In this document: piece after piece, positions 11,640 to 24,444 of the stretch | Numbering within the stretch: the stretch's first letter is position 1 | How the letters are laid out: every line of letters starts with the position of its first letter | Origin: Catajapyx aquilonaris | Taxonomy: Eukaryota | DNA length: 54,128 bases | Assembly: GCA_000934665.2 (NCBI GenBank) | Contig: KZ538678.1 | Coordinates: 1-54,128 of the forward strand | Direction of reading: 5' to 3' | Program-made: the position numbers and the translations under genes | Notes under the pieces: model-generated | Databases searched by the model: none | Told to the model about the DNA's origin: nothing | The model's input: the letters and a program-made list of their open reading frames with translations, nothing else

Positions 11640-11925
11640 ACCGAAGCAGTTTGATGGAGTGGCTATAGGGTCCGACTGCTAATCGGGAGGTCCTGGGTTC
11701 GAGCCCCGGGGCCGGCAACTCTACCCGTGATTTTCTGTGGTTTCCCACGGTCCCCCCAGGAGAATTCCGGGGTTGCTTCCTAATTTAAAAGGCCACAGCC
11801 GCCTCCTTCCTTCCCTATCCTATCCTATCCCAAAAAGCAAAAAGTAAACATGTAAACAAGAGTTCCAGACAAAAAAAAATCCCCCCTAAAGAGCCGAAAA
11901 AGGCTGATAACGGGGTAAGATATTA
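11640..11925 (+). mobile_element. tRNA-derived SINE family D
   Basis: B box GGTTCGAGCCC; central TTTTCTGTGGTTTCCC...GGCCACAGCCG block resembles the conserved domain of Talua/Lm1-type insect SINEs. TSD TATGACTATTAT at 11625-11636 and 11926-11937. Second copy at 52321. Confidence 0.85.
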
Positions 11926-14183
11926 TATGACTATTATGAGTGCATGAATGTAATATCCATCAATCAAATGCAAGGTGAAGAGTCCTCACTTCTTGTTGAT
12001 TGAGGAGACGTAAAAGGAGAGATACTAAGGAAGTCCAAGCCTCCCACACCATGAAGAAATCTCTAGGGAAGTAAAAGAGGCGCCATCAAGAGTGATAGGA
12101 TTTGTGTCCAAGAGGAATCAATGCTGTAGATGGGGTGAGGTGGTGGTTGGGTTTTGGGAGGTTGTGTGTGGGAAAGAGGTATGGAGGGGAGTTGAATGAG
12201 GCTCTTGGCCTCGGGGTAATGGGACCTTGGGGCGTCATCTCATTAGGGAACCTTGCCGGCCACCACCACTACCACCATCACCCAAAAAGCCAACCTGCCC
12301 AATACCCACCCGATTGCCCTGCTTCCCAAAAAGGTCTTCGGGAACACTCGCCTAGGGGATGCGCCCCATCACAGAATCGTCCTTCTCTTCCGTCCATTCC
12401 TGAGGCGTTCATTTTTGCCACGCTACATCTTCATATGAAAACTGCTCAAGAAGAGTCTTTGTATCGATATGAATGTAAATTGAAGGGTTGAGTGCAATTG
12501 AAGACCACAATTCAATAATAAGGGCCTAATATATTGTGAAAATTGAAAATGTTCAGGAAGCGAAAAAAAGGTATTTATTTCTGTTTCTGTTCATGTTAGG
12601 CAATTGTGCTCTAAACCTAATGACAGATATGTACAGCATGAATACCTGACAGCACTTTCATTGAAATGTCCATGTAATTTATATTTTATTTCAATACTTT
12701 TAATGCTCATAATTGGGCCCTTATTGCATTGTATCGTTCCTTTGGCTTAAATAATATGTAGAATAAACAGTCTCAGGATAAAATTAATGAATGATTATGA
12801 TAATTATACAGGAGACATAGGATTCGCCTCAGAGTAATTACACATTATGTTTAATTAAATTTAATGTTTTGCTGGCCTCCCATGCTACCTAGGTCTACCT
12901 TATAAAGTAGCGGCCATTTTTGACCGCTTCCCGAGGGCGTAGGTCAAAGATTTTTTGGTGACATATAGACCCACAAGTCTACTTTATTTTCCACTAGGTT
13001 TGGCACTGCTCCTCAGAGGGGAACGTTCTAATCGTAAAGTAACGCATAGTAGCGCTAAGACAAAAATCACATCGCGCTTAACATCACCGCTATTTTCAAA
13101 TCGTGGGTCACTTGTAGTGCGTTAAAACCGCGCTTTTCAAGTGACAATCACGTTTGTCACTGCTATCGAGAAGTCGTGTTTTGGTCCGTCGATGGTTAGA
13201 AGCCTTTTTCAGGCATTACTAGTGACATTTCGGCTCTTCTTGCATTTTATACGGATGGACATCCACCAGAGGAAGTACAATATGCCATAAAATCATTTCC
13301 GTAAAAATTGACTGATGGGCCCTTATTGCATTGTGGCATTCAATTATTTGCTTCAAGGAAATTTTACTTAGGTGTCGATACGAAAACTGTCTGTAGGCCT
13401 AACAAGTCTCGGTCAAAAAGAAAGTTTCCAGTGAGTGCACGAATCAGAATACAATATTAACGTTTTAGTTGTCATTTGACAATGACATTACCTACGTAAA
13501 AGTTGAAATCCACAAGTTCATAGCATTTATCCCGTTTGCACAAAATATTTTCAAATGCGGGTAGTCCGTTTAAATTATGGCTGGAATTTGATGGAGTACC
13601 CCAAACATCTCGGCTGCTTAAAAATCATGCCTGTTGCTCCTTACAACATTATAATATGTTGGACATTTTTTTCAGAACCGCGAGTGTCCAACAGGGGATC
13701 CGGACTTCTCGCCCCCACCGTTTCGCCCCCGTGACATATTCCACTTTGAAGCATTCGGCTGGGCATTTCTAGAGAAGTGACCTGGCCTTGTGTGTAGCCT
13801 GGCAACAGCGGGGGCGGGCGTGATTGGCTCGCTGTTTCGTGCCTGATTTATAAATTGAAATTTTGCGGTCTTCTGCTTGGGTCACAGGGATGGAGGTGCG
13901 CTTTGTGTTGGTGATGTATGGCTCTTTGTTACCGCAACAGTACTGTCCATTCCTGATTTCAGGAAAATTACTTCAAACGTTCCATCACCCACCAATTTTG
14001 CACAAACTCACATCTTAATTTCCATAACCACAGATCCACTGTGTTAAGCTTCTAAGGGATCTGATGGGTATTCAGTGGGTATCTCATGGTTCTAGTAATA
14101 CCATTATGAGGACAATTATTCAAGAACCAGTTTGTCAGAAAATGAGGTCTGGTGATGACTTATTCCTTTTTCTATTCTTCCTC

Positions 14184-14266
14184 CCTGCCAGTTGCCCAGC
14201 GAAGCTGGGCAACTGGCAGGAAGGTAACTCCACCTGCCGGATGGCCCGCGAAGCGGGCCATCCGGC
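14184..14266. other. Two adjacent perfect hairpins, both capped by GC-GAA-GC
   Basis: 17-bp stem 14184-14200/14204-14220 and 14-bp stem 14236-14249/14253-14266. Confidence 0.9.
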
Positions 14267-14787
14267 GCGCGTGAAACGAATAGTAGGGAATCGCCCTCAT
14301 CCCAATGCGTTTTTCCCGACTTCATGACTCGCGATCGGGTTAATCGATTTCAAATCGGAAACAAGATTTACACTCCGCTCACTCCAGTTTCAAACTTTAG
14401 CTGGATAAACAACAACTAGGGCCATTACCGGGGTCATTAGCCGGGGTCAAAGTTCAAAAAAGTGTCGTTAGTCGCACCAGGGTACCGCCTAAACGGTGCG
14501 TCGTAGAGGGTCATACAATGGTTCATTAGAACCGCAATGTTCCCAGGGGGTGCCCTCCTGCCTACCTTTTTGGAGAAAATCCTTTACTTTTTGAGCTACA
14601 AGGCGATTTCGAAAGTGTCAGTTTTGTGGCTCTCGCCCACTTTCTGTACCGAGACCGGATATACTTGGGAGGGGGGTTCCCAGTCTGGAGCCCACTTCCC
14701 CCAGAGAAGGTTGAAGGGGGGAAACATTTTGGGACGAAAGGGGGGGCATGAGCAGGTTTTCACTTTATTCTGATGATGAAAAGAATT

Positions 14788-15142
14788 AAATAAAAATAAG
14801 CAGTAAAACTGCAGAAAACTATTCTTCCTCTGTGTGAGATTAAAAGTAAGAAACAAGTCCATAGGTGGGGGTTGGTTCGTGTCATGGGGATGTGTGATAA
14901 TCAAATTTAATTCAAAACATTCGTGCTTTGGGGCTGGGAAGAATTAGGCAGAGTATGAGAGTCGGGGGAGCACATAAAAGCGATATCTGCCTAATTCTTC
15001 CCAGCCCCAAAGCACGAATGTTTTGAATTAAATTTAATTACCACACATCCCCATGACACGAGGACCTATGGACTTGTTTCTTACTTTTAATCTCACCCAG
15101 AGGAAGAATAGTTTTCGGCAGTTTTACTGCTTATTTTTATTT
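14788..15142. repeat. Long inverted repeat (~160-bp arms, ~33-bp spacer)
   Basis: Arms nearly identical with a few substitutions and one indel. Confidence 0.9.
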
Positions 15143-15559
15143 CCCTGTCTTCACACTCCGTACTCTTTACTCAGTGTTTCTCGAGGTGTCATATCTCAAG
15201 GAGATTTTCTCCTTAGTAATTGAGTTTTACTTGTGGTTTTATAAGTGAACTAAATGGCTACAAGGGGCTGCGGCTGTATTGAATGACATGATTCCTTTTG
15301 TTACATTTCTGGGGAATTAGTAGTGAAGAAATACCAAAAAAATTAGACTTTATGATGAAAGTGTGTTTTGCATATTTTAGGAGTACAATTTGGGCACCAG
15401 TATAAGCCATGGGTTGCACATAAATTGTGTCACACATGTGTAAAATACCTCCGAAAGGCGTCAGAAGATGAGAAAAATGTATTTCCCCTTTGGAGTCCCC
15501 ATGAACAGGAGGGGACCCTGAAAGCAACGTAATGATGACTGCTACTTTTGTTAGTGTAG

Positions 15560-16045
15560 CTTATACGGGTTCAATCAAAATAATAAAGATGACATTTCTA
15601 CCAGAACCTCCCGTTGGCAATACGGCCTGTTCCTTTTGGCCCAGGAAAACCTGTACCTACACCTACAGAGAAAGTAGAAGACATGCCCAAAGACTCCGAA
15701 GAAGACCATACTTATGATGAAGACTTTTACGCGAAATTAGCCTTCAATCTCACCGCATTGTATTACAAAGATCATCGATGGACGATATGCAGTGATCTAA
15801 AGTACTTTCCATGCTTCTTGGACAACAAATTCATAAATTTAATAAAGAAAAAGGCTTAAACAGAATACATAATGTAGGCTCTTTTCTCATATCTTTCTCA
15901 TCTTCAAATCCACTTCGTGGAAAATCCGTGAGTGATGGAGAAACACGAAGGTCATATTAGAAATCAACACACCAAACAACATTAAAATCAGTCAAAACCT
16001 TTCAATCAGTTTGCAATGACCCTAATTTTGCCGGCCTGCTGTGTT
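15560..16045 (+). mobile_element. Deleted DNA transposon remnant, possibly TcMar-m44 type
   Basis: AIRPVPFGPGKPVPTP and YKDHRWTICSDLK recall that transposase family; segments are fused by deletion. Family assignment is from memory only. Confidence 0.5.
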
Positions 16046-17682
16046 ATTTATAGAGGTTAATGCTCGGATTCGGGGAGAAAGTTATTTTTTTTTTACTTAC
16101 GCACTTTTTCCGGCGCATCCGAGATATTACCTAACATGTGATTATATAGCCCTTAACGAAACATGTATTTCGCAATACTACAGTGATAGCAGCTGGAGTA
16201 TGAGGATGATATACCGCGTTGCAAACGACGTAATCCCAATGGCTGGTCAAATAAGTCGTAGGCCTACAGTTGTAGCTGTTCTCCATTGGCAGTGCTGTAA
16301 AATTTCTGGCTCACTTGTTCCTGCACATTGCCTGGCGAGTACCTAATAAAACATGAACGCAAAGCACTAGTACCAGGCATTGGACGAGCCTCGAAACAAC
16401 ACTAGTTCATCAGGAAAAGCCTCTGTTCAGACAACTGTGCAGGCTCATCTGTGACAAATAGCCTACCCATCGGGTGTGGTGCAATAATAGATATGAAGTA
16501 GGCTTAATGCGACAGGCGTGTGGTGGACACAGTCCTCGGAGACCCTCGATTCGAGTGGTGATTTGCAGCCGGGTCACTCGAGAAATCCCGCTGGAGCGGT
16601 GCTCGAGCATCGCTCCCTACCCTGGAGTCAAAAGAATCAAACGGGCCAATCACACGATGGAAAATCGCGTGTGTGCTGCCCGTTATGTGTTCCTGCTCTC
16701 GGGATCTTCTGATTCCACTCGACACCAACTGGCAAGGGCTTAGCCTTCCCAATGGAAGAACGTTTTCAAAATAGGTCGGTATAGTCGCTGCTGCGTGTCT
16801 GCCCTCATAGTCGCACGTTATTTTCGGATATATCAAAGCCACTAACAGTAAGTACAGATAAATGGGAAAAGGTTTTGCTGAATACACAGCCCGGAAAATG
16901 CTCAAATTGTTGAGATTCCTTATACAGTGGTTTTAAACGTGAGGTCAGCATCAAGCCAACTTGTCCGGGTGTGAATTAACGGCTTTCGATGTTCGTGCGA
17001 ATACTACAGCTCCCTCAAATCAGGCAGTTGACTCTCATGACGTGGAGAAACGAGACTGGAGCAGTAAAGGTCCCATTCCCCCCCCCCCCCNGGGCTCAAC
17101 TACTTGTGCGGATGGGTGTCCTCCGGGGCCCTGGCTCTCTGATGGCTCCTATGTCCCCGCAGACTCTGGATTCCCGAAGACGGCACAAATGGTTCTGTTC
17201 GGTAAGCCTAGCAGGAAAGTGAGAAATGAAGGCAGGCTGCCCCTAACTCTTAAAAAAGGACCCACTAAAGCAAAAAAAAAAACACATCCACACACACACA
17301 TCCACACACACCCCCATTCCTTTTGCGTCCACAGTCTTGATTTCTTGCTATGCTTCTCACACAGCCATCCGAATCCCACACCTCCACCCATACCCCTCCA
17401 GTTTCCATCTTTGGTTTCTTGCTGGAGCAGAAGCGGCTTTTTTAGGCTGCCCCGGGCGCTCATGCATGTGAAGTAGTGGCCAGCGACTGGCACTGACTTC
17501 CCAAGCAGCTTCAGCCCTCTTTCTACTCTTTCTTTTTCCATCCTTCCACTAATTCACCGATCTTTCTCGCACTCACAGCTATTGAGAAAACCAGACACCG
17601 GACAAACAACAACTGGATAACGCCTTTCCAAGGTTCCATTTCTTGAGTTTGACCCTGCTGTACTGGAAATTATTATAATATA

Positions 17683-18491
17683 CAGGGTGATTCCGCAGTG
17701 ATTCCGGTAACTTTGGAAAAAATCACAGGGTGGGTAGAGGCCCCATGGTAAGTATATTTTTAGCTTAGGTACCCATGTCCGGAAATGCCCCCGTACGGGG
17801 GTACGGCCGCGGCCATTTCCACCTTTGGTTTGTTGCGCCTGGTGGGTAGGCAACCCATCGTACTCGAAGCTTGCGTTCATCAGGTGCAGATCAGGTGTGT
17901 CGCGTATGGAGGAGACGAAGGTGAAAACAATATATTGCGAGTGTCAAGTGCAAAACACTCGACACACCTGATGAACGCAAGCTTCGAGTACGAGGGGTTG
18001 CCTACCCACCAGGCGCAACAGACCAAAGGTGGAAACGGCCGTACCCCCGTACGGGGGCATTTCCGGATATGGGTACCTAAGCTCAAAATAATGCTGGGGT
18101 AATGTGCTTTCGCCCGGGGGAATATCGCACGGACCTTTATTTATTAAGGTACATTTGGTGCCTATTCATTTGAAACGCCCGGGGCCACGGGCAGAATGAC
18201 AGGAGGGGATCTGCAAGGTGCAGCGCAATGTCTTAATGTGGCAATTTTTAGTGAACTCCTCCGGGTGGTTTAGTCTGTTGGAAATACCACCCGAGACGAA
18301 GCCAGAGGTGACCCTGAACTCTGCACGAGCTGAAGGGGGTGTCCCCGGGCGGGATTTGATCCCGGGACCTTAACATCCGTGGGCGCGTACGTTACCGCAG
18401 CACCACTTCGCCTCCCCCGAAGCTCAAAATACTTGCCTATGGGGCCTCTACCCACCCTGTGATTTTTACCAAAGTTACCGGAATCACCCTG
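17683..18491. mobile_element. Tc1/mariner-type palindromic MITE with a SINE in its right arm
   Basis: TA-CAGGGTGATTCC...GGAATCACCCTG-TA; ~200-bp inverted arms. Confidence 0.9.
18091..18419 (-). mobile_element. SINE family A
   Basis: Full head and body; TSD AAGCTCAAAATA at 18079-18090 and 18420-18431. Confidence 0.9.
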
Positions 18492-18646
18492 TATAATAAT
18501 AAAGTATACGATTTTCCTGTTTATAACCCTGCCTCACGTTCCTGTCATAATACTCATAACGTACCGGTATGTGCTATATCGGTCAAAAATATGGAGACGA
18601 TTTTGCATTGAAACCAAATGCAACCTTTCTCTTTTTGACCAATATA

Positions 18647-19070
18647 CAGGGTGTATCTGAACTCAGTGCCCCGACGTATATGACTGCCTTCCTAGCCACC
18701 AGAGGATCGATTTAAGTATAGGAGTCATTATGTTTGGCCGCCGCATTACGGAGATAATTGGCCGCAAACATGTAGTACAAAATATCCTGTCGGTTAGGCC
18801 ACCCATCGAACCCTCCCCCAGTCAGAAGGCTCTGGAAGGTCTGGGGGCGGGACTTTGTTGGTTTGTTGCCCACAGGTGGTAAGGCCTCTTTGGCTAGTTA
18901 CACCAGAAAATTCTATTTAAAAGTCAGAAGGAGCGATTAGGCAAAAATCACTAAAGAGTGTATCTCCGTAATGAGGCTGCCCAGACATATGATTCCTATA
19001 CTTAAATCGATCCTCTGGTGGCTAGGAAGGCAGTCATATACGTCGGGGCACTGAGTTCAGATACACCCTG
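18647..19070. mobile_element. Tc1/mariner-type MITE
   Basis: TA-CAGGGTGTATCTGAACTCAG...CTGAGTTCAGATACACCCTG-TA; perfect TIRs of ~75 bp. Confidence 0.9.
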
Positions 19071-20358
19071 TATAGTTCATGCAGTTGAAGATGTCGAAAC
19101 TACCGGAACTGAGAAATACTCGTACTCCCTATCAGTTGCTCGGAGAACACTTTCTAAATAAGGTTGACAAACCACGAACTAACTATTTATTACTGACGGA
19201 AAGTCGTTGAAATAGATAAGATTACGAGAGTTCTGACAAGATACATTCACTGAAATAATACATTACAGGGTGTTCCATAATTCCGACAACATTCTAGATG
19301 AACTGCTCCTAAGGACCAGTGATTATTTTTGTGGAGGTGTCACTTGGTCTATTCAGCCTTGTTAGGCCTATCTAGTCGTCAAACACAAGGGGTAAAAAAT
19401 ATCGTGGAAGGTATGGGGCCCTCTGCGTTACCATGATTTTTAAAAAACATTTTTACATAATGCTTTTATTGTGCAAGCAAAGTTGAAGTGCTAACTTCCA
19501 TTCAACTGTTCCATTCCCTCATGGGTGCTAAGTTACATTATTAGCTATTCTTTTCTTGTACCTTTCCTGCCACCCAGTTCCCACTCAACCAGTACTTACT
19601 TCTATTGCACAAAAAAGTGCGCACCTGTTTACAAGCTGAATTTCCAAAACTTGACTTGTGCCATAATTATAGTAAGTTAGTAGATGTCTTAATGTTTCGG
19701 CATATGATGCACATGACAGTTAGCTCCACTCCTTCTACATCCGCCCCGGATCCTCTTACATTTGTGTCTAAAACCAGGCCAAGTCCACGCCATGCAATAA
19801 TGTGCATGAAAAGGGTAGCTGATAAAGTAGGGAGGTACGGTATAAGAAGAGCGGGAACAGTATGATTAACCCGGGCACTCATAACAAGGGCGGTCTTTGA
19901 AAGGGTGGGATGGGGAGTTGTCGTTCAAATAATAAACGCGCTTAAGTTTATAGTTAAAATATCGCAAAAACACTCATGTGCCAAAATTCATCAATTTGGA
20001 GAGAAAATGCGAGATTTTCTCTTCGATTCACCCAGTTCGACTCACCCTGGGTTTTACAGGCGTATTTCGTCGTGGATTGCCAAGGAATTCGTGAGAATCG
20101 TAGGCAGCATATACCGTCACCAATGGGTAAGGCCACATCTGGGTCACTCCTAGGGCGAAACAGCCCCGACAAAAGGTCAAGGAAGAAACACCTACGTAAT
20201 ACTGTATCTGTCCACCAAAGACTTCTATCCTTGGTATTCAGGACTACCCATGTGACACCTTTGCTCAGTTGGTTGTCGAACTACCAGGATACACCATTCA
20301 AGACGTGAAATATCGTATTTCCCAGGTCCTTGCTTATTATAGCATACTACAAACTATA

Positions 20359-20805
20359 CATGGAGCATTCAAATATGAACCGTAATTTAAATCTCACGGA
20401 CAAACAACGACTGTACCCATCAGGTGATGCTCCCGAATGCGTACGACCTTTGACCCGTCTTGGATCCGTGAGCATGAAGTTCTGCAGAAGTGGGAGCAAT
20501 AACTGAAGCTGTTCATCCACGCACGGAACAACGAATATTATCATTAGATTTCTGACCAGGGAAGGAGTGAAACTGTTGAAAATTTGCACCAGACGTAAGG
20601 CACAGTATGGGGAAGACACAATTATCACAGAAAAGATTTACAGTTGGAATAAGGACCTCAAAGAGGGGCGAGAATGAAGCACATCAAGAACATCGACAAC
20701 GGCAGAGAATGTTGCTCGAGTTGATGAGCTAATTTCGTGATGATCGGCGGATTACTGTGAATGATACTGCGTACATTTTGAACATCAGCATTCGTAGTGT
20801 ATATG
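20359..20805 (+). mobile_element. Mariner 5' remnant (TIR plus degraded HTH region)
   Basis: IIRFLTREGVK..AQYGED..KEGRE and TSTTAENVARVDEL..DDRRITV, with frameshifts. Confidence 0.75.
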
Positions 20806-20811
20806 TTAGGT

Positions 20812-21551
20812 TCAAACCCCGAAAACGGCCATTGGCAGAATAAAATGACCATATCTAGGTCTGGTCGCCTTCAACACAGCCAAACCTAGGTGTGGTCGTT
20901 TTCAAACCAACCATACCTAGGTGTGGTCATCCAAACCAGCCGGAACTATAGGTGTGGACGATTTAAAACCACCACAGCTAGATCTTGTTGTTCCCGCTTA
21001 TTAATATGCCTATGCATATGGAGGTGATGGGGCGATAGATGGTGAATAAGAAGTAACGACCAGAACTAGCTGTGGCTATTTTAAAACGACCACACCCAGG
21101 TCTGCCTGATTTTTTTTTTTGCATTACCCCATTGGGAGTTACATTTCCTTTAGGGGGGTGGAATACCACCATTTGGGTGGAACCGGTATACTAAGATAGT
21201 ATTTAGTGTGTTCCAAGGGTAAGTAGGAGGGGATGTGCAAAGTACGTGTGCAATGTCGTTGATGTGCCGTTTTGTGAACTCCCCCGGGTGGCATATGTGA
21301 AAGGATCGCCACCCGAAACGAAGCCAGAGACGGTCTCACTCTGCGCGAGATGAAGGGGGGAACCCCGGGTTGGGATCGAACCCGGGACCTTAACATCCGC
21401 GGGTGCATACGTTACCGCAGCGCCACTTCGCCTCCCCAGGTCTGCCTGATTTGAAACAACCACACCTAAGACTGGCTGGTTTGGAAATGACCAGACCTAG
21501 GTATGGTATTTTGAAGGCGATTTTCGGTCGATGGCCGTTTTCGGGGGTTGA
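20812..21551. mobile_element. Non-autonomous TIR element with ~20-40-bp internal subrepeats
   Basis: CCCCGAAAACGGCCAT / ATGGCCGTTTTCGGGG termini; repeated CTAGGTGTGGTCG and ACCACACCTA units. Confidence 0.7.
21113..21437 (-). mobile_element. SINE family A, poly(A)-tailed variant
   Basis: Family A head and body with a different 3' module; TSD AGGTCTGCCTGATTT at 21098-21112 and 21438-21452. Confidence 0.9.
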
Positions 21552-21595
21552 GATTAAAATATACAGTTATACACCATCATCAGAGACGAACTGAA

Positions 21596-21630
<35 letters not shown>

Positions 21631-22255
21631 NNNNNNNNNNGGGGGGGGACATTCATCACAGGCTAGTGGAGTTGTGTAGTCCGGATGCGGCAATATGGTG
21701 CCAGTAATATTTGGAATAGGCTCAGAAGCATGAAGGACAACTCGAGACTCGGCTACGGCATTTACCGACAGTAACCAACACTCTCCATCTGGCATGACTT
21801 TTCCTGGTGGAATGTGGGCGGGCACTTGGTCTCATCCGACAGCTGCTGTGCCTGTGCATAGGCTACAAGATGGCACCTACCTGTCCTATATAAAGTACTG
21901 GAAGGATAGCCATCTTTGCTCATGTCCGTCGCATATCCTGGAAACTGTAACATTAAGAAACATACTTTCTGACTGACCCTTGTCGTTCGATGCCTATAAT
22001 ATTATTGTCACTGAATTACCAAGTATTATTAGAAATCTCATGTAAATATTATGCAACAAAATAATATTTATCGAACATCCTGAGATCTTGCCTCACCCTG
22101 TACGCATCTGTGGACTTGCCCGTTTCACCGGCAATTAAATAAGGTTGTTTATACGGCGGCGTAGGCGGCATTCTTAAACTAATTAACGGACTGGCCGTGC
22201 CATGAAACATAGTTGGATACACGGAAAAGAAATATCTAAACCAAGGGGTTATTAA

Positions 22256-22376
22256 CCACTCGACTGTGTCAAGTAGTGTACACTGGAGTACCAACATTCA
22301 CGGTGTACCAAGGTAAGGAACCTGATGAGTATAATACCAGGGAGTACTGCAGGTGTACGCCTGAGTACCGAAGTGG
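22256..22376. mobile_element. Small piggyBac-like MITE
   Basis: TTAA-CCACTCG...CGAAGTGG-TTAA. Confidence 0.45.
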
Positions 22377-22976
22377 TTAACACCTTGATCTATAGGTTGA
22401 AAGACACTAGAAAATTTGGCTTCCTCATTATCGACTACATCACTTAATATACAAGGTTTTGTTCGAGAAAAGGCGTAACTGGATTCACTCTGAGCCTGAT
22501 GAGTAATTATATAATGACGGGAGGAAGCTTCTGTAACTAGTTTATTAATCGGATGGGACTAGGCTTACAATCGACATATATAAACCTGACCTCGCTCTGT
22601 ATAATCCCAATATTTACCATGCCCATTGGCCCCGGGCTAAGACTTTGTGTGTGGTTAAAATTACGCCTCGAAGTTGACGTGTTTATTTGCCTAAAATGAG
22701 AGTCCTTTTCGTTGGAACATTATTTTGTCAGATTCCGAATGTTTCTGTAGGGTATTAGAAGTTACAAAGTGATTTTCAAATATGTTTAATGCCAATATTT
22801 ATTTATTTATTTACCCCGTGATGGAGCCATTTAATAATTTTTGAGTCATTTCTGACTCTGTGAAATACACCAGACCTTTTCTCCTGGCCTTGGGCAGAGT
22901 AGGGAGTGCAATTCTGCCCCGGCATGTCGGGTGAAAAGCGGAAAAAGACTCGGCCAAGCAGAGGTGACGGGGACGG

Positions 22977-23039
22977 GAATTTTAGAATATTGGCTTTAAA
23001 AGGGCGGCATGCCCTTTTAAAGCCAATATTCTAAAATTC
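22977..23039. repeat. Perfect palindrome, 29-bp stem and 5-nt loop
   Basis: GAATTTTAGAATATTGGCTTTAAAAGGGC ggcat GCCCTTTTAAAGCCAATATTCTAAAATTC. Confidence 0.9.
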
Positions 23040-23538
23040 ATCTTCTTATCTTTGCAGGAACAACCGATGAGCTGACGTCCAGATGGAGTCGACGAGTGCC
23101 GTGTGTCATTGTTTTAGTCAATCACCTGTCGCTTGGAGGCTTGCTAATAAACATTTCCCCGCAAAACCATATGAATTGAAAAATTCATTATTATTCAGAT
23201 TCCGGGGAGTAATTGCACTGGGGAAGGTAGGAAGTTGTGGATTGAACCTTCCTGGAGGAAATGATAATAATGATACCATATTTAACCCTTAATGGAACAC
23301 AGATTGGAAGTTGCACCTAAATAATTTAGGTTACCCAATTTTTCGCCTTCAGTACGAAACGGTATGTGCAGCACATGTATTTGAAGGGAGTTTTCCGCAA
23401 GTGAAGTAGCGAAGGAAACGTCCACATCAGCCCACGGACACTACCCCTATCTTCTGGGCTTATCACCTGCCGAGGGGTTTTGCAGTGGGTGCTCACCTGA
23501 GACCGCCACGAGACATTTCCCAGAGCATTTATGTGGCG

Positions 23539-23686
23539 ACCCTACCGGACCTAAGGCTGAACTTCATAGGTACGAAAGGGGAGGGCTACATTGGGGGACC
23601 CAACATGGCCGTCGGCGGCCATGTTGGGCCAGCATGTAGCCCTCCCCTTTCGTACCTATAAAGTTCAGCCTTAGGTCCGGTAGGGT
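23539..23686. repeat. 148-bp near-perfect palindrome
   Basis: ACCCTACCGGACCTAAGGCTGAACTT...AAGTTCAGCCTTAGGTCCGGTAGGGT, centred on CATGGCCGTCGGCGGCCATG. Confidence 0.9.
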
Positions 23687-24177
23687 GGGGAGTGACCTAA
23701 CCTGAGTCTTCTACAACCATGGTCCACATGATCCGATCCTGGATCGTAACCGTCCTGCAGTTTCGTGTTGTAATTGGAGCCAATAAAAATACATCAATGG
23801 TTATTTTGGCCTTCAGTTCCCGAATTTTCAGTTGTTCTAGTACCGTAGCCTACAGCCCAGAAATTTACGTAATAGTGAAACGTATCTTCTTGCCAGTCAT
23901 TAGCCCGGCTTGCAATGATGTCTCCAGTTCTTTGCAATAAGTACATGCGGCAGAGAGTGAGAGTATCGAGGTAGCGCATTGGTCTAAAGGCTAGGCCACT
24001 GTCTTCGTAACCTGAAGATATGAGGATCGAATCTTGAAAAGGGGGAGTGTTTTTCTCGTCGTATTTTTCTCGCCGTGACTTTCTCGTGTTACAGTTCATC
24101 TCACATTTATTTATCTTTGAACGGCATCTGTAAATAGGCAACCCCTCATTTCCACCCACAGTTTCGTTGCGACAGAG

Positions 24178-24390
24178 TTAGCTCTGTGGTAACACATCTG
24201 GCTCTTGATTGAAGGGTTCTGGGTTCAAATCCCGGTGATACTTCGATTGCGGTCTCCGAAATATATTTTGCAGCGGTCTTCTCTGGCCAAGAAGGCGAAT
24301 GTTTCTTTCGAGTTGAAACACAACTTGGAAGATGGTCAGAAGTACAGTGAGAAGGCGGGGGAGGAGGAGGGGTCGGGGGAGATATGACCT
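24178..24390 (+). mobile_element. Probable old tRNA-headed SINE of a fifth family
   Basis: A box TAGCTCTGTGG and B box GGTTCAAATCC at tRNA-like spacing; single copy in the window. Confidence 0.5.
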
Positions 24391-24444
24391 TTTGCCTGTC
24401 TTACCATTTGCGTGGAAAAACGCGATTTTCAATTTAACGGACAC

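Noticed and set aside
12508..13333. GGGCCCTTATTGCATTG twice, with a partial inverse at 12508
   Set aside because: Probably ends of a small TIR element, but the left end is degenerate and no TSD could be established.
17078..17091. Poly-C/G runs with N (also 21631, 26182, 28374, 30059, 38224, 42212)
   Set aside because: Assembly gaps at homopolymers; lengths and reading frames across them are unreliable.
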